This document shows positions 1-14,686 of a stretch of DNA of 64,000 bases, piece after piece. Position numbers and translations under genes: made by a program. Position 1 is the stretch's first letter. Each line of letters starts with the position of its first letter. The notes under the pieces were generated by a model. That model saw only the letters and a program-made list of their open reading frames with translations, was not told where the DNA came from and did not search any database. The stretch is from assembly GCA_951406725.2 (NCBI GenBank), contig OX597817.1:10354001-10418000 (forward strand), given 5' to 3'. Source of the DNA: Octopus vulgaris. Lineage: Eukaryota.

Positions 1-116
1 TGTGTGTGTGTGTATTTGTGCACATATATATATGTTTTAATGTGTGTGTGAATATATATATATATAGATATATATATACATATATATACAAACACACATG
101 CACACGATGGGCCATA

Positions 117-432
117 TTATCATCCCCGTCATCACTGTCATTTTCTTGTCCAATTTTCCATGCTTGCATGCATTCAGCAGAATTCACTGAGCAAGAATTT
201 CTACAGGATACCATTCCTGTTCCCAGCCTACTCCTGTTTTGATGTTAGCTGGAAATGAAGGACACTACTTGTATAATGGTGAAGCTGGTTAACAACTATT
301 CCATCATTGCAAGACAAGGAAACACATTCATGTTAACACTCACACATACATATATACATGTATATATATAACAGGCTTCCTTCAGTTTCTGTCCACTAAA
401 TCAACTCACACGTTCTTGGTCAACCAAAACTA
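117..432 (-). mobile_element. Degenerate composite SINE (family E: family-A head + microsatellite + RTE-like tail)
   Basis: ACAGGCTTCCTTCAGTTTC...AAATCAACTCAC matches the family-A head; TTTTCCATGCTTGCATG matches the family-D tail; same layout as 33320-33735. Confidence 0.6.
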
Positions 433-612
433 TATATGCATACATACATACATACAAATGTACATACATACATACGTACATAAGACTTTCCTCAAGTTCC
501 GAATGTGAATTTGTCTAAGTTAGCTACTGTCCAAAGATGGAGCCTTGTCTCTTTGTTGGAAATTGGCTCCCACCTCAGTGGAAGATTTATAATAATTATA
601 AAATAGAAGACA

Positions 613-710
613 CATACATACATACATAATACATACATACATACATACATACATACATACATACATACATACATACATACATACATACATACATACATAC
701 ATACATACAT
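613..710. repeat. (TACA)n microsatellite
   Basis: Near-perfect tetranucleotide run. Confidence 0.95.
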
Positions 711-1027
711 AAAAAAATAATAGGCAAGCAAACACATCTTCCCTCAAACATACATGCATGTAAATGTATGAGTCACAAATTCCTGGAGGCATATGGAACC
801 AAAAGACGTACCAGTTATGTTTTCTGCATTTCCTATTACAATATAATGTGACTTGAAGTCTGCACGCTTGCCTATCTAGAGTTATGATGGTTATTGTCAA
901 ATGGCATGGAGGAGAAGAATGGAGAGTGGAGCAGTTTACTGAGCTCAGATGTTTTGTTGATAAATTGTGGCTTCCAGCACACTTTTAAATACTAAATATT
1001 CATACATATAGATATGCATAAATATTA

Positions 1028-1927
1028 TATGGTGTTGAATCAAAAGTTTTGCTATAGTTTGGTAAATTATTTGCTTTATTTGTCAAATCACAACAAAAGC
1101 AGCCTAGTATTCAAAGTAAAGGCCATCATGTCGCACCATCTGAAGCCACCTTTCTGCTGCCAGTTCTTTGATCCCATACTGATACCAGTTCTTGTTCTTC
1201 AAGACAAAGAACTCCTTCAGAGAAGCTTTCACCTGTTCTTCGTTGATGTAGAGTCATGAACGCAGGAAGTGAGCCATAGATTGGAACAAGTAATAAGCCA
1301 AGTGAACTAGGTCCAGACTATATGCTTGATGGGGCATCGCTTCAATTCCCTCAAGTTCCTGGGGCTTATACTGGATTGTGTGAGCAATATGAGGTCTTGC
1401 ATTGTTTTGCCACTGAAGGTTTCACTTTCTGTTAACCAATGCCAGGTACTTTTTCTACATAGTTGCATACATGTGTGAGATATCAAGCTCACCTGGTAAT
1501 TTCCAAGTGCTACTCACCAGATTTACATCTGTGGCTTGGAGCAAGGCCTTGAAATCCAAAGTTTTAGGTCTGCTTGACCTTGCAACCCTAGTGAAATTTC
1601 TTGAATCATCTGGTTACTGTACTGGGATCAACTGCACCTTCATCTTTCACACAGCAAGTCTTTTTGGTTGTTTCTACAGTATTATGGTCCAGTTCAAACT
1701 TGTAAGGTATAACTTCTCAAATTAGACTACGCTACACATACATCTGTGCAGCATTGAAATCACACACAGAGTGAATCAATGCACAATGTGACAGAACACC
1801 AACTCTCACAATACTACCAACCTCAACAGGTACTTTCCACAACTTGAACTACTTTGGTCATTTAATACACATGCTGCAAACTAGTACATATGCAAATATG
1901 ACAAAAACCTTTGACATGCCTCAATAT
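1028..1927 (-). mobile_element. Decayed Tc1/mariner DNA transposon
   Basis: Minus-strand broken translation of 1105-1460: KYLALVNRK*NLQWQNNARPHIAH...MPHQAYSLDLVHLAYYLFQSMAHFL...ERWLQMVRHDGLYFEY*, matching mariner DNARPH/YSPDLAPSDY motifs; degenerate TIR-like ends at ~1028-1062 and ~1892-1927. Confidence 0.85.
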
Positions 1928-2867
1928 ATACATCTACAGTTATATGTACATATACACAGCCAAAGCATACATATGCATACATACATATATATATATACAT
2001 GCATACAGTAATAAGGGTGGCTTGTTTTGTTCACAATTTTTCAACCAAAAGGTGACGTATATATTTCTACTTTCAGTTATATATATATACCAGATTTCAC
2101 CATTTTTTTCTCACTCTTCTGCTGTCCTCTGTGAGTCTGCAAAATTAAGACCTGTCCACGATTTGATGTTAACCCAGGAGATGACTGATCCAATATAGGC
2201 TCTGATCTGATAGTCATGAACATGTATGCACCATGTGCAAGTAAGCTTGGTGGTACCCATTCTTCTCCCAGCTGTTAGCCACAACTGTATGCCTCTACCT
2301 GAGGCACACCTTGGCCCTTAGCATGAGGATGTTCACCCAAGCAGTTTCTTCTACCCTTGCTAGTGACTCCTTAGGAAGCCTTACTGGTGCAGTGTTAACA
2401 CTATCTCCTCACTTGGTTTAGCCCACCAGCTAAAGTGGGGTATCAGGGTGTGATATGAGAAGCCATCAAGTGAGAGATTAGGAGTTGAATAAAGACCAGT
2501 GATATCCATATACCTAACCATCCCTAGCAAGGTGCAGCTGCCAAACAGCGAAAACACTACTTCTGTTCAAAGCCCTCAACATCCCCCACACATAAATGAT
2601 CATTTACATATAACTACAACATACGTATGTATCCATATGTCTATTTTCAATACAGATGTGTATGTGTATTGTTATATTTCAGGATGGCCCTTTTTTTTTA
2701 TTTTACTTCTCCAGTCTAAAATGAGAAAAATAATAATGCTGAAAAATGAATATGTAGTACATATATTTGTTTGGCCAAAAAAACAAAAAAATTACCATCC
2801 TGAAATATAATAATATCTGTTTCAACATGATTTCTCATCAGGAATCTTGCAAAACAAATACTTAAAC

Positions 2868-2908
<41 letters not shown>

Positions 2909-4134
2909 CATATCCATCCATCCTGTTTGGTAGAACAAACAGAATAAATAGAATTCAAAACACACCTGTAGATATGTATATATTTTTGGTGGTACAAAGG
3001 GTACAAAGGGTATCCAGGTGTAGAAACATGCTTGTTTCTTTAAGAAGTTTGCTTCTTAGCCAAGTAAGTTCAATCTTGGTCTCACCCTGTGATACCTTGG
3101 GCAAGTCCCTTGTAATGTAGTCATGAGTTGACCAATATGTTATGAATGAAATCAGTATATGAAAATTGCATATAAGTTTGCTTTGTGTGTGTGTGTGCAC
3201 ATGTGTGTATGTGTTTGTCTATCTGTCCGTCTGTGAGTATGTTCTGTTTACATTCTATGTAAATAATGTGATAGTTACAAATACTAAAACTTTTTGCCAT
3301 TCGCTATCAACAAACTGTCCACTGACTCTGAGCTTTCAAAGACATGAGGCATCAAATATCCTTTACTTGTGAAACAGGTATTGGTTAATGATTTAGAAGT
3401 ATATCCAGGATTAAATTAATCTCTGTAGCATATGTTCACCTAACCCATGCTGGCATGGAAAAAAACATGCTGGCCGGAAAAAAAATTTCAAACAAATTTA
3501 GAATGTGTATGTATGTATATATATATAAAATCTTTTCTTTATATATACTAATTAACTTCTTTTTTAAAGAAAGTACTGTTATCTGAAGAAGAATTTTTAT
3601 CTCTAATGTCATTTTGATTTTAATTTGTCTATTTTGAATGTCTTCAAGTTCATTCATATATTTATCTGCCTGTGCATGCAATATTCATTCTTATTTTAAT
3701 TTAGTTTATTTTTCTTTGCAACTGCTCCTTCTTGGTTCTGATTCAGAAATTTAAAATATTTTTCCCAACAATTATTTTTACCACAAACAAAATATGTCTT
3801 GCGGGGTCTGAACCTTCATTTCTATCTGTTTGATATTGCCTACATATTAAAAGAGTATAATAAAACAAAAATATTTTTACTATGGAAATTTTTTGAAATA
3901 TTCCAAAGAATAAAAAAAAAAATTTTACAAATTATATATAAATCTAAAGAAAATTATTATAATTAAATGAAAAAAAAAGTACATTTGTCATATATTTCTT
4001 TGTATTTTTTGTTAATTGAATTTTTTTTCCAAAAAACAAGAACAAACAATTGTTCAAAATTTAGACCACGAACCTTTGATGTTTGCAATAACACCTAACA
4101 AAAACATTTCTTCTCTAACATATCACTTTAAAAG

Positions 4135-4214
4135 TCTTCATCAGAAGAAAAGAAACTGACTTTACTGAGCAGTCAGATATATTTGTCTTGAGTCACAAGG
4201 TGATATCTGTGTGA
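4135..4214 (+). other. Candidate phase-1 (terminal?) exon: FIRRKETDFTEQSDIFVLSHKVISV*
   Basis: CTAAC branch-like motif ~15 nt upstream of an AAG acceptor; open frame in phase 1; possible donor AAG|GTGATA at 4200; no homology recognised. Confidence 0.2.
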
Positions 4215-4632
4215 TTGTCCTGAATCAATGAATCATAAAATTAACAAGAGAAAAAAAAAAGACGATTGTTTTTAATAGGAGAACTAACTTTAAATATTTA
4301 TTTAATTAATTGACCTACTAAGGATTAATTTCTGTTGAGAATGTTCATTGCAAACTAATATCTGATATTTCTCTTGTGCATATTTTAAAATTATATGTAT
4401 GTGTCTTTGTTTTAGCCATGGCTTGAAATAGCTGAAACTCCGATGTGGTTGTATATTTGTCTATGTGTGTGCATAAATATGTGTGTGTATGCATATGTGT
4501 GTATGTATGTGTGTTTGTGTATGTATATATATATGTATATACAGAGATGTGAATATATACACATATATATATAGAGACAGCCAGAGATGACTACAACATA
4601 CACATATATATATATACACACACACACACAAA

Positions 4633-4682
<50 letters not shown>

Positions 4683-5255
4683 TATGTATATGGTGGTGTT
4701 TGTAGGTGTGATTGTGAATGTGTATATACATGAATGGATGCAGGTGTAGCTGAGTGTTATGAACTTCTTTTTCAAATAATGAGAGGCCGATGTACGATCC
4801 TAGTATAAAGCACCTTGGGGACATGTCTCCTACATTAACTTTTGAAACAACTCAAACCTTGTCAGTGAAATTTGTAAGGTGGAAATTGCGTGGAAACCTG
4901 TAAGATGAGTTATAGCTGTAACTGAAATAGCCAGCTCTGTCACAATAATTTAACATATTGTAATACATTATGAGTACACTTATCAGTGAAATGAATACTT
5001 ACCTAATGAATTGTACTATAATTCAATAAGATAGTTCAGTTGAATGTAATAACTAAAATACTCACCAATAAAACTAATGTAGCAGTTATCTATTGTTTAT
5101 AAATACATGTGCATGTCAACAGGCTTATCACACACTGATAAATACTTCTAGGAAAGAAGCATTTAGCGATTGACTATATTTATCAAACTAACATATTCAA
5201 CAAAAGAGTGATACATATGTGTATGTGCATATCTATAAATATATATGTACATATG

Positions 5256-5272
<17 letters not shown>

Positions 5273-5301
<29 letters not shown>

Positions 5302-5370
5302 TGTATGTATGTATGTATGTATGTATGTATGTATGTATGTATGCATGTATGTATGTATGTATGTATGTAT
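5273..5370. repeat. (TATG)n microsatellite within a large TA/CA compound tract
   Basis: Direct inspection. Confidence 0.95.
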
Positions 5371-5581
5371 ATGTGTGTATATGTTAATGTGTGTGTATAT
5401 ATCATCATAATCATATGTATATATAGTGTGAGTGTATGTATGCTTGTACATATGTATATATATATATATATATATATATTGTACAAACATATGCAAACAC
5501 TTATATACATGTATGTATCCATATAGGTATGTATTTATATATGTATATGTATAAGTATATATACACACACACATGTATAAG

Positions 5582-5612
<31 letters not shown>

Positions 5613-6091
5613 GGTATAAGTATATATATACATATACATATACACATATATTTGTGTATATATATACATGTGCATGTAGATGTATATGATGAATTAAAGT
5701 GTGTTTTGTCTGAATGCGGTTTCAGTTAAATGGGTGATCATAATGTGTCTATGAATAGAATCCATTACAGCATTATCCGTAAGTATTAGATGGCATTGAA
5801 TGTGAAAACCTTATTATGGGAGAAAATAGAAAAGATAAATAATCATTCTGAGATTGTCTTATACATATTTACAGTTTGTTTATTCCATTTTTGGAATATT
5901 ATTTACTTCATTTATCATTTGTATATTTTTTTTCTTATATTTATGTAACTGATGGGGTTGTTATTTAAACCTGATACATGATTCAAGCTGCCAAACCATG
6001 ATGAAATATATACTAAAATAAAGATATGTATACTCTGCAACAGCTTACTGTAAAATTGTTTTTGTTCTCTTTCAATATAAAAACAAATATT

Positions 6092-6123
<32 letters not shown>

Positions 6124-8482
6124 GATATATATATATATATATACATAGATGTATATATATATACTGATAGATAGATCGATGAACAGATCAATAGATAGAT
6201 AGGTATGTGTGAATACATAATATATAAAATATCTGGAAGTACATATATAATGTGTGGATATGTGTGTGTGTGTATATATATACATATATATATATACACA
6301 GACACATATATATATACATATATATATATATACACAAACAACACATATATAGTTATAAAATATAGCTTTACTTAAATATGTATACATATATACGTGTGTA
6401 TATGTATATATACATACACATATATATCTTTATATATAAACATATATATATATATACATACACATATATATATATAGTTATAAAGTATAGCTTTACATAC
6501 ATAAATATGTATATATATGTGTGTGTATATGTATATATTCATATACGTATATACACATGAAGAAGTGTATATATACATATGTGTGTGTGAGTTTATTTCC
6601 ACGTTTATGTATCTGTGTGACTGTGTGTTCGCATCTGAATGTGTTTGTTCCTCTAATTCATGTAATTCAGTGTATATGTGGACACAAACTTTTGCATAAG
6701 TCCACTACTTGTAAGTGGAGAGAAAGACAGAAATTTTACATTCAGGTTCATTTGTTACAGTTCTTTATCATCATCTCTTTTATGAGTTTCCACTTCCCGA
6801 GGTCCTCTTCCCTGACATCTTGTGTCTTCTTTGAGCTTCCTGTTCCGTAAGTTCCTTATACTTGGATTACACGACAAATTTCTTTTATGTCACTTGTCAT
6901 GCCTGATGGGCATTACATGTTCATACCCAGTGTTTTGTTTCATGCATTACATCCGATTTTTCTGGTACTCACTTTTGCTCTGGACTCTTTTCCCTAAGTC
7001 TCATTCACACCTCAATCAGAGCATTCTTGGCTTATTTCTTCCCATATTCTGCATTCACTGCCCATGTTTTGCAACCATGCAGTATCATATTTTGTTCACA
7101 AACATCATTCTAAAGGTGGTGCTCCAGCATGGCCACAGTCAAATGACTGAAACAAGTAAAAGAGTAAAAGAGTAAAGAGTATACACTATGGCATTACATC
7201 TGATTTTTCTGGTACTCACCTTTGCTCTTTTGCAACAATGCATTGTTGTATTTTGTGGACAAACATCATACAATATGGTGAGTGGATATCTCATTGCCTA
7301 CACAGGTCATAACTCTCAGAAATCTTTTCCACTCTGTTGACTGTGTTCTCAAAACACAAACCTACACTCCAAATTAAATTACTTATTTAATACTGTAAGC
7401 AAAACTTCCGGGTATTTGAAAGAGTTTATTTCATGGTTACTTATGCTGTTAAATATTCTTGTGCATCTGTTACTAACCCTCTACCTTTTCTGTGAGCTTT
7501 ACTGTGATCCCACAACACCTCTTGTGCACTCATGGTTTAAATTGGAGACACTATATGGAATAGCCACCAACTCCTTTACTGCAGGTAAGCATGGCTTTCC
7601 AGTTAGCAGTAAAGTCCTGTTCACCTTCCAAGGAACTAAATCTTTGCTAAGTTTCCTGGAAGGCTTTTTTCTGTCAATGTTTTACTTTCACTTTTGGAAT
7701 TTCTTCCTAAGTCTTGAAACAGGTTAAGCAATGAGAATTGTTCATTGGCATACAAGACTTCCAATAACGAGCAGGTTTCAAATATTTGTGTTATAACCTA
7801 GAGTAGGGCTGGATAACAACACTGACAGACCCTTAGATACATGCTAAATTCCTTAATGAAGTTATTTGTAACTCAAACCTTACTGACACCACCTCTATAA
7901 ATGGCCTCCATGGTGGTTGGAATCCATAATTCAACACCGAGGTCTCTTACCAACCACCAGGTAACTGAGCAGGTACCTTTTCAAAGGTTTTCTCCATATC
8001 AAGGAGTTCTAAATATAGGGGTTTGCTATTATGTAAGAATTTCTCCTGCAATAATGCAGTAGGAAGAGAGCATCAGTAGGATACCATTCTTGTACAAACT
8101 TCAATTCACTTAGTTATTGATTGTGCCATAAACACTCTTCATGCTTTCATAACCTGGCTTTTCAGTTTCATACTTCTGTTGTGATTCTCTCACTTCTGGA
8201 AGTCGTTGATGATTTTTATGTCAGGGATTGGTTATGACTTCATTCATTGCTATCTGATTCTCTATGCACTTATCAAAAGTGTCAGGAACAAAATTTTGGA
8301 CCTCGAGTCACTTCAGTAGTTTTCTAGCAATTCATGGATAAAAATATACACACAATCATGTATTAAGTTCTATTTATCCACTTTGTTCTATCAAACACTC
8401 CTCTCTCTCCCTTTTCTCTCTTTCTTTTGCTTCCTGTCTCTCTCACCTAGCCTCTTTATATATGTACACATATATATGGATG

Positions 8483-8515
<33 letters not shown>

Positions 8516-8518
<3 letters not shown>

Positions 8519-8745
8519 TGTATGTGTGTATATTCATCATCATTACATAACATATGTATATGAGTGTGTCTTTGAGTAATATCTATATATATTATATAAG
8601 TGTGTGTGTTACATATGTTATATATATATATATATATATATATGCATGTATGTGTGTATATTCATCATCATTACATAACATATGTATATGGGTGTGTGTG
8701 AGTAATATCTACATATATTATATAAGTGTGTGTGTTACATATGTT
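8516..8745. repeat. ~128-bp tandem duplication (2 copies) anchored in (TA)n
   Basis: GCATGTATGTGTGTATATTCATCATCATTACATAACATATG...TAAGTGTGTGTGTTACATATGTT at 8516 and 8644. Confidence 0.85.
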
Positions 8746-8911
8746 TTATATATGTATATATACATATATATATATATTGCATATAACACATATATGTATG
8801 ACATTTAAAATGTATTATATGTATCACATCTATTGCATATATTGAATATATATATTATATCTGTATATACATGTATACATGCACACACACACATTATATA
8901 TATATATATAC

Positions 8912-8943
<32 letters not shown>

Positions 8944-9845
8944 GTATATATATGAAGTTAAACATATGTCCAGTCATAGAGTGACCAATGCTCCACTGGT
9001 AATATAAATATAAAAGTATATATCTATGTATGTAATTTATGTATATATGTATATTATATTTATAGTTAAAGATGTATGTATATATGTTATATATAGTTGT
9101 GTGTATGTATTTTACATAGTTTGTATATTATACATACATATATATACATACATACATACACATATATATATATATATATTGGTTATGTTATATATATATA
9201 TATATATATATGTATTATATCTGTTTATATATAGCATATACAGAGTGACCAACAAATAGATAGATTAATGACTTAAAGTACATACGTCTCAGAAAATAAG
9301 TCATTAGTTACTGGCCATATTGAGACATGCAGCAGATAATGACAATAATTTACATAGAACCTTCGTTAAATATTAAAAGGTTATGAATTAGCTTAGGCAG
9401 AATCTAAATTGAATAATATATACAGTATCTGTTCTCTCTTCAGTTATTGACAAAATCCAGCTTTCTTGAAGGTAGAGCTAATTCTTAGAACTACTGCAGC
9501 TCATTAGTTGTCTCTTCTACTTCTAATTATTAGATGATGAGAATCAACTGTGTAAAAATAATTAGTAAAGATCTCAGTTTCCTTCTGCTGGCATATCACA
9601 TCCTACATTAGGGTGGTTTCTGTTTACTACTGTTTAAGCTACCCATCTCTTAATTGTCGCATGAGAGATGGATGCATTTATATAATGGTAAAATGTGCTG
9701 CCAGCTGGTGGTCGCAGTCTAGTCTGGGTTTGTTTTTAAGTTACAAGAGAAATATTATCAAAGTTATCTGCTTTTATGACATATTCCCCAATGTATATTA
9801 CCATTCTAAATAATACAAGCAAAAAAAAAAAAATATATATATATA

Positions 9846-10016
9846 GGCACAGGAGTGGCTGTGTGGTAAGTAGCTTGCTAACCAACCACATGGTTCCGGG
9901 TTCAGTCCCACTGCATGGCATCTTGGTCAAGTGTCTTCTGCTATAGCCCCGGGCCGACCAATGCCTTGTGAGTGGATTTGGTAGACGGAAACTGAAAGAA
10001 GCCCGTCGTATATATG

Positions 10017-10047
<31 letters not shown>

Positions 10048-10267
10048 ATATGTTTGTGTGTCTGTGTTTGTCCCCCATAGCATTGCTTGACAATCGATGC
10101 TGGTGTGTTTACGTTCCCGTCACTTAGTGGTTTGGCAAAAGAGACCGATAGAGTAAGTACTGGGCTTACAAAGAATAAGTTCCGGGGTCAATTTGCTCGA
10201 CTAAAGGCGGTGCTCCAGCATGGCCGCAGTCAAATAACTGAAACAAGTAAAAAAGAGTAAAAAGAGT
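9846..10267 (+). mobile_element. tRNA-derived SINE, family A (CORE-like box, internal TA/TG microsatellite, (AAAGAGT)n tail)
   Basis: Pol III A box TGGCTGTGTGG and B box GGTTCAGTCCC; CTTGGKCAAGTGTCTT CORE-like segment; ten near-full copies in the window. Confidence 0.92.
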
Positions 10268-10299
10268 ATATGTATATAATATATATGTGTATGTATATG

Positions 10300-10353
<54 letters not shown>

Positions 10354-10722
10354 ATATATATATATGTATGTATGTATATGTATATATCTATATATATATA
10401 AACACAATGCATTTACATACCTACTTAGTGTATGTCTGTTTATATGCAATAATTTCAAAGGTGTGCCATGCAACATTACTCTCAGTGGCTACTTCATATA
10501 TCTTTACTTCCTGCTCATTGTCATTCAATCACCACTTTGAATTAAGATTTTCCATGCCACGGAAACCTGTATCAGCAATAAGAAAGAACTAAGAGTCTTT
10601 CATTGATGAGATTTCTTTTATTCTCATTTTCCTGTGTCAGTTTCTGCAGATTTTGCACAGGCACACACACACACACACACACACATGTACATACACACAC
10701 ATGTACACACACATGCACATGC

Positions 10723-10763
<41 letters not shown>

Positions 10764-10845
10764 CACATATATATATACATAGATATACATATATACATAC
10801 ATATACATATATACATACATACATACATATATACATATATATATA

Positions 10846-10898
<53 letters not shown>

Positions 10899-11132
10899 CA
10901 CATCAATGTTGCTTAACTGACCATACTTGGCAGAAAACTCCAGCAGTAATGAAGAGGTGTCTCCTTATACATATATACATAGATAGACAGAGATATAGAT
11001 TTTTAAACACATATATACATATACACATACTTACATACCTACATACATACATTGTTCTGTAAGAACAATAAAATGTCTGGCTTTTATCAAACTTTCACAG
11101 AACTATATCTATTAAAATTTCCAGCCTTCAAG

Positions 11133-11418
11133 TTAAATATAGCTATATATGTCTGTGAAATGTTTAAACTAATTCAGTGTTATTGGTAATTAATGCATCT
11201 CTGCAAAATGGTTAGTTTGATTTAATACTTGGCTAATTAACTCTTTCTGCTAGGACCATGGATAAGCTGTTTTACTTTAAACATAGTTATATATGTCTGT
11301 GAAGTGTTATATAATTTCAGATTATTAGTTAATTCACTTCTGTGAAATAGTCAGTTGATTTAATACTTAGTTAATTAATTGGCTCCTTCTTATCGAGCCA
11401 TGGATAAACTGTTTTGAT
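11133..11418. repeat. ~145-bp diverged tandem duplication
   Basis: TATATGTCTGTGAA...TTGATTTAATACTT...CCATGGATAARCTGTTTT occurs twice in tandem. Confidence 0.85.
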
Positions 11419-11434
11419 TTTTATATCCTTGCAG

Positions 11435-11509
11435 CCGAATTAGTGCCAAATACTCTATCAGTTTCCTTTATTCCTATAGCAATTAAGGAAATCAAAGGAA
11501 TCAGAAAGA
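11435..11509 (+). other. Candidate 75-nt phase 1-1 exon: (x)ELVPNTLSVSFIPIAIKEIKGIRK
   Basis: TTTTTATATCCTTGCAG acceptor, GTTAGG donor, open frame, length divisible by 3. Confidence 0.35.
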
Positions 11510-12431
11510 GTTAGGCTGTCTTTATTAATCTTTTGGTCTTTCAGTCTTTCTGCTATGACATGTTTTTGCAAATTATTCCTCCTGCACATAGTTATGTGTT
11601 CATTTATTTAAACTCTATGCAGAAACCTTGTTTGCACAATCAGCTGAGTTGTTTCTTATTCAAAAAGCCTATAAATGAGAGGAATTAACTTAAATTTTAT
11701 TCTTTTTTCTTTTCGTTTTTTGAGAAGGAAAAGTATTTTTGTTTCTTGTTCTTTATTAAGCTTCACCTACATATTGCATTGACAATTTGAATATACTTAT
11801 GTTTTTCGACATATCATGAAGTCACAATCAAAGGCAGTAATTTTCAGTGTAAGTCATGTTTAAAGAGCATTAAAACTATAGGAAAATGGCAATAAAAATT
11901 GTGGGAGATTAGTTTATATATAGCTGTGTAATTCTTATAATAGCTAGCAATATAAAATAGAGCCAAAGATATCTTGCAACATTATCTGTTATACAGTAAT
12001 ATAACATTCCAAAAATATCGCACACTCTTGAGGAACATTCTCTTACAAATAAACTTAAAGAAATATAATTCATTCCTTTACTGTTAGACATTCTAAAATT
12101 TATGAATGACAACAAAAAAAATTATATTTTATATAAATAATGAAAAGTGTATTTATAAAAAAAATTTTCAATTGCTTATAGCACTTTACGATATTTAATT
12201 GAAGGCTTTCTGTTGAAATATTCAAAAATCTGATAAATGTTTTTTTTTTTTCTTAAATTTTAAAAAGTTAACTTATCAAATCAAAATATTCCAGCACACC
12301 GAAATGTTTTTTTCATTTATGAAAAAAAATTTTTTTAGAACTATAAATTTCATTTCTATTAACATAATCAATTTTTGAATGTGTTTGGTTTTATATTTGT
12401 GTGTGTATATATGTATATATGTATGTATGTG

Positions 12432-12487
<56 letters not shown>

Positions 12488-12543
12488 CACACCTATATGT
12501 ATATATTATATGTATGCATATATATATGTATGTATCTATCTGC

Positions 12544-12586
<43 letters not shown>

Positions 12587-13171
12587 CATATATATATACA
12601 TATGTTGTTGAATTTGGCTTTGTTGTTTTGAAAGGTTATTTACATTATTAACTAATACTTTAATTAATTATTGATTCTGTATGAATTTGTTTCTTTCTTT
12701 GAATAAACAAATTTAATGCTTCATTTTCATTTTCAGAACTTATTTATTTATAGTGAATTTTCTATGGCACACACAAAAAAAAAAATCTGAACAAATTAAG
12801 AAAGATAACCACTATATAAAAAAAAAACTTAATCAATTGCAATTTTTTTTTTTACGTGTCTGTCTCTTATGTTTAAATAACTAATTATATTGCGCAAGGT
12901 TTTAGATACTTTTTTGTTGTTGTTGTTGTTGTTGTCATTGTTGTTGATTGTATCATATAATGTTTAACATGAAAAGTAAATTTTCCCAACTCATTTATTC
13001 ATTTTGTGTATCATGTGGAAAGTGAGAAAAAAGTTATTGTAACTTTCTATTTTCTTTGCCTTAAAAATATAACGTTTTCAAATATGTGAGAAGATATCAT
13101 TATTATCATAATCATTTAGGTAGCAATCTGATAGCATTTTTAACATGGCGTGGCTGCATGGTAAGAAGTTA

Positions 13172-13335
13172 GGTGCAGGTGTGGCTGTGTGGTAAGAAGC
13201 TTGCTTCCCAACCACATGGTTCAAGGTTCAGTCCTACTGCATGGCACCTTGGGCAAGTGTCTTCTACTGTAGCCTTGGGCTAACTAAAGCTTTGTGAGTG
13301 GATTTGGTAGACGGAAACTGAAAGAAGCCCATCAT

Positions 13336-13374
<39 letters not shown>

Positions 13375-13574
13375 CTGTGTTTGCCCCTCTCCATCGCTTG
13401 ACAACTGATGTTGGTGTGTTTACGTCCCTGTAACTTAGCAGTTCGGCAAAAGAGGCCAACAGAATAAGTACCAGGCTTACAAAGAATAAGTCATGGGATC
13501 GATTTGTTCGACTAAAGGTGATGCTCTAGCATGGCCACAGTCAAATGACTAAAGCAAATAAAGGAATAAAAGAA
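13172..13574 (+). mobile_element. SINE family A (older variant)
   Basis: Full-length similarity to 9846-10267; partial duplicated head at ~13146-13170. Confidence 0.9.
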
Positions 13575-14266
13575 TGTTGGACAAAAAGTTTAGCAGTATT
13601 TCTTCCGTTTCCTTACGTTTTGCCTACTTCTGAGGCTGACTTTGCATTCTATCCTTTCAAGATTCATAAAATAAGCACCAGTCAACTTTCACCAGACTTA
13701 TGTAATCCCCAGCATCTCCTTCTCACATGATACATCATTGAGTGAGTTGGCACTAAACTTGGCTTTAGTAGAACACTGATTAGTTCAGATCAGTTTAATG
13801 TGTGTGACAGGGCATGTGTTTGATTTTCAAACTCATTCCACCAAAAATCCTTCCTTTTTATATCTTTTGTATGTTTTGGTCCTGGAAGGTTGGAGATGTT
13901 GAAGGGTATCTTCCACTAACACAGAAAAGACATGTCTGCAGATAAGGTCAATGTCAATGTTATGGTGTCAGCCACATCAGAAATTGTTGTTGACATCATT
14001 TTGGAGTAGTGTCAAGAGTTAGCAGGAATAAACTTTTATTGGGACAAGTGAGTAATTTTTTAAACTCAGAACTTGGAAGAACAGGCCCATGCAGGAAAGC
14101 AGTTTCTGTTGCTCTAACTCAAGTCTGGTTAAGGTTATTGTGATTTAGTTTAGAATAACTTCTAGCTAGGTAGAAATAACAAAGGAGTTCTGAGAAGGGT
14201 GGTCAGTTGTCCCTGAAAAGTTGAGCAGGAGTAAATAAAATCTATATTTCATTCTGCGTTCGCTGA

Positions 14267-14686
<420 letters not shown>

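Noticed and set aside
5726-5778. Possible first coding exon (MGDHNVSMNRIHYSII|GTAAGT)
   Set aside because: Good donor but no other support; not distinguishable from chance.
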